Assembly (NCBI GenBank): GCA_040388415.1
Contig: JAZKBV010000004.1
Coordinates: 24,069-88,068 of the forward strand
DNA: 64,000 nt
Origin: Patescibacteria group bacterium
Lineage (GTDB): Bacteria > Patescibacteriota > Minisyncoccia > Phycocordibacterales > PALSA-1337
Reading direction: 5' to 3'
Below are positions 57,744-64,000 of this stretch, in pieces. The notes under the pieces were generated by a model. The model was not told the origin of the DNA and searched no databases. It was given only the letters and a program-made list of their open reading frames with translations. The stretch's first letter is position 1; every line of letters begins with the position of its first letter. The position numbers and the translations under genes were made by a program.

Positions 57744-58178
57744 GTATTATGTTAATTATACTGCTAAATTGTTTTTTTAAATACAACCAACTTTTACCTT
57801 TAATGAGAGGTAATTAGCTATATCTAATATGTTACCCAATACTGTAATCTAACGATGGTACTACCTTTTGAATAATATTCTTATGAAGCAAACTTATTCG
57901 ACATTAGCCCATCAAAGATTTGAGATACTTCGATACTTTTTAAACGGCTGGGCGAGAAGTTGTCACTCGTTTTCCCAGCATTCTCAAAAATACCTAAATA
58001 TCCCTTTATTGTTTGTTACATGCAACGCTTCAGTGGCATATAATTTTATAAGATTCCAAGTTGTTTTGGTGTAGTAGTTTAGTCTTATGACTACTCTGTA
58101 TTGTGGTTTTTAACAAACGGGTACATTTAATCAAATACCCTTATCTATCTCATTATCTAATGGGACACACAAGGAAAT

Positions 58179-58364
58179 TCAATTCTGTTGATGATTAATC
58201 AATGCAAGTAAATCAAAGTAGCCCGTAAGGTCACGAGCCAATTCAGATACTTTCTCTGGGACAAGCTGAATGCCATATTCCTCGAAAATTATCTGACCCA
58301 ATTCTTTGATTGTTTCTGCTTTTAAATTCATTATGATTTTCGTTTCTAACACTTTATATTTCAC
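58179..58364 (-). CDS. Hypothetical small protein (island cargo)
   Basis: 61-aa ORF with low GC. No domain recognised. Confidence 0.3.
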   Translation of the reverse strand: MKYKVLETKIIMNLKAETIKELGQIIFEEYGIQLVPEKVSELARDLTGYFDLLALINHQQN

Positions 58365-58425
58365 TAAACGTAATCTATATCAACTTTGCTATTTACTAAC
58401 CCTATAAGTGAAATTCAGTCCATTT

Positions 58426-58647
58426 TTATGCGTCCTCAGGGGTATTTGCGAGCTTCTCAAGACTATTAATTAAGCTGAACTTGTCTTTGTTATTAAATTC
58501 ATCTTTAGGAACGAGTAACTCGAATGCCTTATTAAGAGCTGAACGCTTAAAACTTTGACCTCGAACAGCTCTCATTAAAGCTGTGTAAGCAGATAGTCCG
58601 GAATCGGACTGCATAGTATTGACAAATCGTTTTTTGATACTTCTCAT
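58426..58647 (-). CDS. Hypothetical small protein (island cargo)
   Basis: 73-aa ORF. No domain recognised. Confidence 0.3.
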   Translation of the reverse strand: MRSIKKRFVNTMQSDSGLSAYTALMRAVRGQSFKRSALNKAFELLVPKDEFNNKDKFSLINSLEKLANTPEDA

Positions 58648-58811
58648 GTAATTTAATTTTGGTAAATAAAAAAAGCCCGTTTGGGGGCTGTGCTCCCATT
58701 ATAACATTTTTCAAACATTCATTATAGACCTCCTAGTAAATTTGTGTTATAAAAATGTGGCTCAAATAAGCCACTAAACTTATCCACATTAAAAATAGTT
58801 TGGAGGACCCA

Positions 58812-59489
58812 TTAATTAACTGCTTCAAGTACATATTTGTCGTTAATCGCATATGTGCCCTGAGAAATCTTAATTATTAACGGTTCAGTCATATTACAAC
58901 GCTTTTTTAATTGGGAATTAATTCTTTTACATTGCAGGTAGATATTACTTCTGTCCTCATATTTAGTAATTGCCTGAATTTCACTACCTAATAGTATTTC
59001 TTTACTTAAAAAAGCAGAAACAAGTAGAAAACTTTTTTTACTTTTACCTGAGGATTTAAGTCTATAGTATTCTTCTCGTTTACCCTGAACATATAATCCA
59101 TAATTCGATTCCAAACATATTTTTACTCTGTCTCCACCGTTTGTATCTATAAAATTTATCAGGTATGCCTTCAGTTTTTCCATATCAGCATCAAAATACA
59201 AATACAACACTCTGTTTTGAGTATCTTGAGAAGCTATTTGTTGTTTTTCCCCTCTTTTATAACTACTAACCTGTGTATTTGTTATCAAATTCTCCTTATT
59301 TAACATATCGATAAAATCGGTCCAACCAATAAAATTCTGAATAACGATTGATTCCGAAGGTGAAAATCCGCTTTTAAAATCCAATTTACTAATCTCTTTA
59401 AGTAAGAGATTGGCAATGTTTATAGCACTTAAACCGTATGTATCCCTGTGACTGGTCATGCAACCTAGATTAGCACAATGGAAAACCAT
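58812..59489 (-). CDS. Hypothetical protein (island cargo)
   Basis: 225-aa ORF. No domain recognised. Confidence 0.4.
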   Translation of the reverse strand: MVFHCANLGCMTSHRDTYGLSAINIANLLLKEISKLDFKSGFSPSESIVIQNFIGWTDFIDMLNKENLITNTQVSSYKRGEKQQIASQDTQNRVLYLYFDADMEKLKAYLINFIDTNGGDRVKICLESNYGLYVQGKREEYYRLKSSGKSKKSFLLVSAFLSKEILLGSEIQAITKYEDRSNIYLQCKRINSQLKKRCNMTEPLIIKISQGTYAINDKYVLEAVN

Positions 59490-59495
59490 TAAAAA

Positions 59496-59891
59496 CTAGT
59501 TACTCAGACAAGCTGAGTATGCCTGTTGATACTGAGCTTGATAGTAAACATTTTTTGCATTATCTGTATTCTTATTTAATTCTGACATGAGCCCATTAGC
59601 GCAAGCTAAACTACCAGCCTCGCACACTATCTTTGCTTGTTCAACAATCTTCTGTACCTCAGCATTTGCAATCGTTGGAGTGGCTAACTGTAATTGCTGT
59701 TTAGCGAGAATATCTGAAGATATTTTACACTTCTCAATCTTTATCTGCGGGCCATTGTTTACTTTAGGGACAGTGGTTATTGGCATTGGTACTGCCTGTT
59801 TGATATTTACAATGATGAGCGTTGAAACTAACAATAAAAGCACTGCGACAATACTCAACTTAAACCAATTTTCTTTTAAAAAACTATTCAT
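59496..59891 (-). CDS. Hypothetical membrane-anchored protein (island cargo)
   Basis: N-terminal TM helix (LSIVAVLLLLVSTLIIV). Cys-containing extracytoplasmic domain. Start chosen at MNSFLKE to abut the upstream gene. It could instead be 59933. Confidence 0.4.
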   Translation of the reverse strand: MNSFLKENWFKLSIVAVLLLLVSTLIIVNIKQAVPMPITTVPKVNNGPQIKIEKCKISSDILAKQQLQLATPTIANAEVQKIVEQAKIVCEAGSLACANGLMSELNKNTDNAKNVYYQAQYQQAYSACLSN

Positions 59892-59892
59892 A

Positions 59893-60651
59893 TCATTTAA
59901 ATCCACAAAGATGGGACCGGAGTTTCGTTTCAAGTTCTTCCTTATTTAACTGCACCGAATCAATGGTTTTTTGCAACAATGCTTTTTGTGCCTGAAGTGA
60001 CTTAAATTCTTCTTGTTTGTTAGTAGTGGTTGATTGAGGTGAATCTTGTTGTATAAGAACATATATTTCTTTTTGCAACGACTGAAGCCCTTGTTGCTTC
60101 ACCGTTAGTATCGATTTTATGTCATCAAACTGACTTGCATATGTTAAACAAAGATTGGTGTCTGCAACTGGCACTACTATTGCAAAAGGTTCTCCACCAC
60201 ACTTTGAGGCGTAATTCCCATATTTTTCTTTTAATGAGAGCAGGATAGCCTTATACAAAGGTTGTGCCTCATACGAGAGTTGTTTAGGTATGTAACCTGT
60301 CTTTAATAAATAAAGTGTACGGGCATAAAATTTATTGACGGTAGAAACATCACCCCAATTCTCGGTCCCACTTGTTAGTGGCACATCCTTTTCTAACTCA
60401 GAACACATCACTTGTAACTTTAATGAGTTATTGTTAATTTCAACCTCATTTATTCGATTACTTAATGTAACCTGTTCAGTCTCAATTGAAGATACCTTAC
60501 CAAAAATAGTGTTTATCTGAGAAACTATCGAAGACATCGCTTCAGTAGGCGTTTTGCCACCGAGAACAGAAATTGCAAACGTACCTGCAAATGTAATTAC
60601 AGGGAAAGCAATAATGACTCCGAGTACTATAAAAATTATGTGTTTTCTCAT
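59893..60651 (-). CDS. Hypothetical secreted/membrane-anchored protein with a coiled-coil C-terminus (island cargo)
   Basis: Start taken at MRKHIIFIVLGVIIAFPVITFAG (60651). The upstream region carries GTTACTGG repeats and a CACGTG hairpin. Confidence 0.45.
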   Translation of the reverse strand: MRKHIIFIVLGVIIAFPVITFAGTFAISVLGGKTPTEAMSSIVSQINTIFGKVSSIETEQVTLSNRINEVEINNNSLKLQVMCSELEKDVPLTSGTENWGDVSTVNKFYARTLYLLKTGYIPKQLSYEAQPLYKAILLSLKEKYGNYASKCGGEPFAIVVPVADTNLCLTYASQFDDIKSILTVKQQGLQSLQKEIYVLIQQDSPQSTTTNKQEEFKSLQAQKALLQKTIDSVQLNKEELETKLRSHLCGFK

Positions 60652-60948
60652 TTTGTTACTGGTTTTAGGTAGCATAAAGCCCACCACGTGGGCGACGGCT
60701 TGCGCCATCCATACCAGTTTCCCGATATGACCAGTAACGATAGCCCCACATGATGGGTTTTCTACTCGTTACTGGTTTTTTCACCATGTCAGTATTTCTA
60801 CTGATTTAGGCTACTCGTATAAAATATTGAATTGTGTTCCCATTAAACCATAAAATACTCTCGTTTAAAAGTGACATTGGGGCATTTGTTGATAAGTTTA
60901 ATATCAATCTAGTGTATAATATTGATATCAGTTTTTGATATTTGAACA

Positions 60949-61548
60949 ATGCTCTCAATCAATAAAAATCAGCACACTAGCGATTTAAAGATTAGACATA
61001 ATCTAATTAAATACATTGGGAAACAGTACAATAATCACCCAGCAAAAATAATCGAGGAATTTTCTGTTTGTGACGGGGCTGCACGAGTAGATTTAGCGGC
61101 AGTGAATGGAATAATGCACGGATTTGAAATTAAAAGTGATATTGATTCATTAAATAGACTTCCGCACCAAATTGAACTCTACGGCTCAGTATTTGATAGG
61201 GTTACCTTGGTTGTGGGGGCAACTCATTTGTATGAGGCTTTTAATATGATTCCAGAATGGTGGGGTGTCTTAGTGGCTAGAATAAATAAAAATGGGACAG
61301 TTTCTTTTAACGAAATCAGAAGCCCAAAAAAGAACAGGAACGTAAAAATTCATTCTGTTGTAAAACTCTTGTGGAAGGAGGAGGCAATCAGTGTTCTTGA
61401 AGGAATAGGTTTTGCTCGTGGGTATAAGTCGAAAAATAGAGAACAAATCTGCAGAAAAATTACCGAGGAACTTGATTTAAAAACAATTTCTACGAAAGTT
61501 AGGGAATCAATTTTATTTAACCGACAAGGTTGGAAAGTTGGTGTATAA
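60949..61548 (+). CDS. Candidate PD-(D/E)xK-fold nuclease-like protein (possibly sce7726-like family)
   Basis: VCDGAARVDLAAVNGIMHGFEIKSDID fits a D...D/E-x-K catalytic pattern. An extended -10 promoter (TGTATAAT, 60913-60920) is flanked by the inverted repeat TAATATCAAT/ATTGATATCA (60899-60930). The 3' end overlaps the convergent 387-aa gene by 32 nt. Confidence 0.5.
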   Translation: MLSINKNQHTSDLKIRHNLIKYIGKQYNNHPAKIIEEFSVCDGAARVDLAAVNGIMHGFEIKSDIDSLNRLPHQIELYGSVFDRVTLVVGATHLYEAFNMIPEWWGVLVARINKNGTVSFNEIRSPKKNRNVKIHSVVKLLWKEEAISVLEGIGFARGYKSKNREQICRKITEELDLKTISTKVRESILFNRQGWKVGV

Positions 61549-62680
61549 CCACTGCAGTGTGGTGACTGATTCCATATGCAATCCAGTCCCATGTACGCCC
61601 CGTGCCCTTTACACTATTATCTTTTGCATAAACTTTAAAGTGTTCAGCTTTTTCACATATCTTTTTATCTCCCCAACTAAATTTTTCTCCCATACCGTAA
61701 GTCGCACTTTTAAATTCTGGCTGAAGAACAAGCAAAGAGGCGTTCGTCAGATACAGATGCAACGCTCTTTTTTTACCTTTCATAATCATCCATTGTGGTC
61801 CGAGAGTGTATTTGAGTGTCGACGTTGATTCAATAAATTGCAACGAATCATTGTACATGGGATGTCGAATACTGTAATCACTGTAGGTTGGGATTCGATT
61901 AACACCGTTTTTTAATACATTACTTTCCCAGCTGGTCCAATCTGTTCTTGGTAGATATGTAGATTCATCGATTGGACACTCTGACATATCGACTGGAAAT
62001 GCCCCACTCGCAAAGATAAATTCCTTAAATTGCTTCAAACCAGTTATTTTCTGTGCTTTATCAAATAATAGCCCGTACGTTTCAGGTGAGTGGTCTAAGT
62101 ACTTTAAATCAATCAATAAATGGGTGTCCTCCTTTGACACCTTAAGTACATTTACGAGTAAATCAGATATTTTTTTGTCTAAAATATCTATATCCCTCAA
62201 ATTTGATGGGGTTACCCTTAAACACACCTCATTGATTAATTTTTTAGAAATTAATTGACCAATGTTATTTACGATTGAATGTTCATCTGCAACATTAAAT
62301 ACCGGCACTATTTCAATCCCTTTTATCCTTCCTTCTTCAACTAGCTTGTTCAATGTTTCTATTTTTAACTCACTAGTTTTATGTCTATCATGAAGCAACG
62401 TAACATCAACATAAATTTTATCTACACCCCAAAATTCCTTAATTTCCTCTGGTATTTCACCTAATCGACTTGAAAGCATCTTTTCAACCATTTCTGCATG
62501 AATTTCATCATCAGTTTTTTTTATCGTCCTTTCTTTATCTTTATGTGTATTAACGCTTGGAAGCACTAGTTCAATCAGAGGTACGACATGTTTCTTGTCT
62601 ATAGAAGAGATGTTGCTGAGAGCTGCCATTTCTCCAGCTTTCCATTTTAATATGGGTACGTATTTAATGTTTTTGGTCAT
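61517..62680 (-). CDS. Hypothetical 387-aa protein, co-transcribed with the HTH-ImmA gene (possibly sce7725/beta-protein-like; candidate effector)
   Basis: The ORF starts 4 nt after the upstream gene's stop. No motif recognised by eye. Confidence 0.5.
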   Translation of the reverse strand: MTKNIKYVPILKWKAGEMAALSNISSIDKKHVVPLIELVLPSVNTHKDKERTIKKTDDEIHAEMVEKMLSSRLGEIPEEIKEFWGVDKIYVDVTLLHDRHKTSELKIETLNKLVEEGRIKGIEIVPVFNVADEHSIVNNIGQLISKKLINEVCLRVTPSNLRDIDILDKKISDLLVNVLKVSKEDTHLLIDLKYLDHSPETYGLLFDKAQKITGLKQFKEFIFASGAFPVDMSECPIDESTYLPRTDWTSWESNVLKNGVNRIPTYSDYSIRHPMYNDSLQFIESTSTLKYTLGPQWMIMKGKKRALHLYLTNASLLVLQPEFKSATYGMGEKFSWGDKKICEKAEHFKVYAKDNSVKGTGRTWDWIAYGISHHTAVVIHQLSNLVG

Positions 62681-62684
62681 AAAT

Positions 62685-63887
62685 TTATTTAATCCACATC
62701 ACTTCAGGAAAATAATCCCGTACCGCTGATTCAGTAATTATTTTTGTTAATTTGTTCCAACTATTCATTTCGTATCTAATTTTTCCGGCAACAATAGCCA
62801 TATGTACACCAATTTCACTAGCCAAAGCACTAGCGGCTAGTTTGGAAGGTATAAGTTTTGCCGCACTGACTTCCCACTTATCTGAAGGAACCAGAGCTTC
62901 ACTAGCCAATGTATCTGCCTCTTTTTCAATTTTACTAATTTCTACACCAGATACATTTTCTAATTCATCGTAGAAAATATGATTTTCATGTTCACTGTGA
63001 AGTGCAATGTGTGCAAGTTCATGCATTAGCGTAAACCAAAAACTATCAAGACGGTCAAATCTTAAGGTTAAAGCAATAATCGGGTTGTTTTTATCTACGA
63101 AAATTGCCGCTCCATCAAGACGTGTACCTTTAAAATGAGGCTCAATAACTAATATAATCCCATTTTCCAAAAGAAAATTTTGAATCTTTTTTGGGGCATT
63201 TTCTAAAATACTCATTTGCGCCACTTTACGCATAAATTGCAAATTAACAGTGCCCTTTTTATATAAGCAATTAATTTTAGCCGCTTCCGCACGCTTAAGC
63301 ACACATCCAAACCAAGCCGCTAAAGCATTCTTATCCGTTAATGGTGATGTTCTGTAGTTAGACTGACGAAGTAATCCTGCAAATTGAACTTCTTGATTTC
63401 TGAACTGGAACAGTTTACTTAAATCCACACCATTGATACGTGTAGTAATTTCTGATACCAACTTTGTGCTCCAATTTAAAATATTTTTAGTATCACGACT
63501 TTCTGTTTCTTGAATCAATACCTTAAAAGGAATATCAAGCCCGCTTTCAAGTGCTCGAATCATTTTTATGGTTAAAGGTCTCTTACCCGATAAAATCTCT
63601 GACGCTTTACTGCGACTACCGATATAAGGTTCGAGGTCAACAGGCTTCAAATTTTGTTGTTCCATTCTGAAACGTATAGCCTCAATAGGACTTGGAAGAC
63701 TGGAAGAAAAGTTGTTTCTTTCGTAATCCTCAATAAGAGTAGCGAGCAGTTGAAGTTGGTCCGCCTCTTTAGAGCCAGATTTGGGGTTAACAATCATCAG
63801 CTCTTCAAGTGCTGACAGAGCTTCTTCGTGGTCTTTTTGAGTTTTTATTACTTTAATATTTATCATGGTTTTTATTTGATATTCCAC
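62685..63887 (-). CDS. XRE-family HTH domain fused to an ImmA/IrrE-family zinc metallopeptidase
   Basis: HTH region: IEAIRFRMEQQNLKPVDLEPYIGSRSKASEILSGKRPLTIKMIRAL. C-terminal HEXXH: FTLMHELAHIALHSEH. Confidence 0.75.
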   Translation of the reverse strand: MEYQIKTMINIKVIKTQKDHEEALSALEELMIVNPKSGSKEADQLQLLATLIEDYERNNFSSSLPSPIEAIRFRMEQQNLKPVDLEPYIGSRSKASEILSGKRPLTIKMIRALESGLDIPFKVLIQETESRDTKNILNWSTKLVSEITTRINGVDLSKLFQFRNQEVQFAGLLRQSNYRTSPLTDKNALAAWFGCVLKRAEAAKINCLYKKGTVNLQFMRKVAQMSILENAPKKIQNFLLENGIILVIEPHFKGTRLDGAAIFVDKNNPIIALTLRFDRLDSFWFTLMHELAHIALHSEHENHIFYDELENVSGVEISKIEKEADTLASEALVPSDKWEVSAAKLIPSKLAASALASEIGVHMAIVAGKIRYEMNSWNKLTKIITESAVRDYFPEVMWIK

Positions 63888-64000
63888 TTTTCGTACTCCT
63901 CATGTGTTCCTACCGCTTTAATATTTACTATCTGATGTTCATAGCTAATTTGTACCCATATCCTATACTTATTGCCACATATATTGAAAACCGTATTTAA

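Larger units (their letters stand above)
56129..64000. mobile_element. Integrative element or genomic island inserted at the tRNA-Asn 3' end (right boundary beyond the window)
   Basis: A large serine recombinase gene overlaps the tRNA 3' end. GC drops abruptly to about 30-35% from the 42-45% core. The cargo is hypothetical secreted or membrane proteins and a regulator/nuclease-like module. No attR copy of the tRNA 3' segment was found inside the window. Confidence 0.7.

Noticed and set aside
60901-60935. Canonical -35/-10 promoter for the 199-aa gene using TTGATA at 60889-60894
   Set aside because: The spacer to TATAAT would be 20 nt. The element is re-interpreted as an extended -10 (TGTATAAT) promoter flanked by an inverted-repeat operator.
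1-64000. CRISPR arrays, rRNA genes, transposase/IS elements
   Set aside because: No regularly spaced direct repeats with unique spacers, no rRNA-like conserved stretches, and no DDE-transposase-like translations were seen. The only recombinase is the serine integrase at tRNA-Asn.

Overview
This 64-kb window is bacterial chromosome of moderate GC content (about 42-45% in core genes), with dense coding on both strands and no rRNA or CRISPR array. The organism looks like a small-genome, Patescibacteria/CPR-like bacterium. This is an inference from gene content: a short ProRS without an editing domain, a single-chain mitochondrial-type PheRS, a PriA lacking Walker A, a divergent HisRS, and many TrbC/VirB2-like small membrane proteins. 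A full rod-shape and peptidoglycan gene set (MreB x2, MreC, MreD, PBP2, MurA, FtsA, FtsZ) is present.

Core genes identified by reading the translations: smc (partial), rnc, a NusB-Nudix-like fusion, rpmF, gyrA, rpsA, pth, lepB, a hisS-like gene, rpsU, ybeY, ftsA, ftsZ, an orphan sensor histidine kinase, trxB, an SNase-like nuclease, cspA, an ECF sigma factor, rnr, tsaD, a PrsW-like protease, hsp20, gyrB, a pheS-FDX-ACB fusion, PBP2/mreD/mreC/mreB, proS, rseP, frr, holB, a second mreB, murA, a priA-like gene, def, fmt and hpf. Six tRNAs are present: Lys-CTT, Leu-TAG, Ser-CGA, Glu-TTC, Val-GAC and Asn-GTT.

Accessory content:
- A higher-GC hypothetical gene followed by a tandem array of five paralogous pilin-like (TrbC/VirB2-topology) genes, immediately downstream of tRNA-Lys/Leu.
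- A low-GC (about 30-35%) integrative element inserted at the 3' end of tRNA-Asn (56129 to beyond the window end). It begins with a large serine recombinase. It ends in a three-gene module: a PD-(D/E)xK-like protein, a 387-aa unknown protein, and an HTH-ImmA/IrrE metallopeptidase fusion. This module is my best candidate for a novel defence or abortive-infection-type system.
- A solitary MazF/PemK-like toxin gene with a convergent promoter and a structured antisense region.
- A roughly 500-nt promoter-to-terminator unit without a convincing ORF (candidate ncRNA).
- A conserved, covarying structured motif upstream of two tRNA genes.

Coordinates of starts are best estimates from reading codons by eye.
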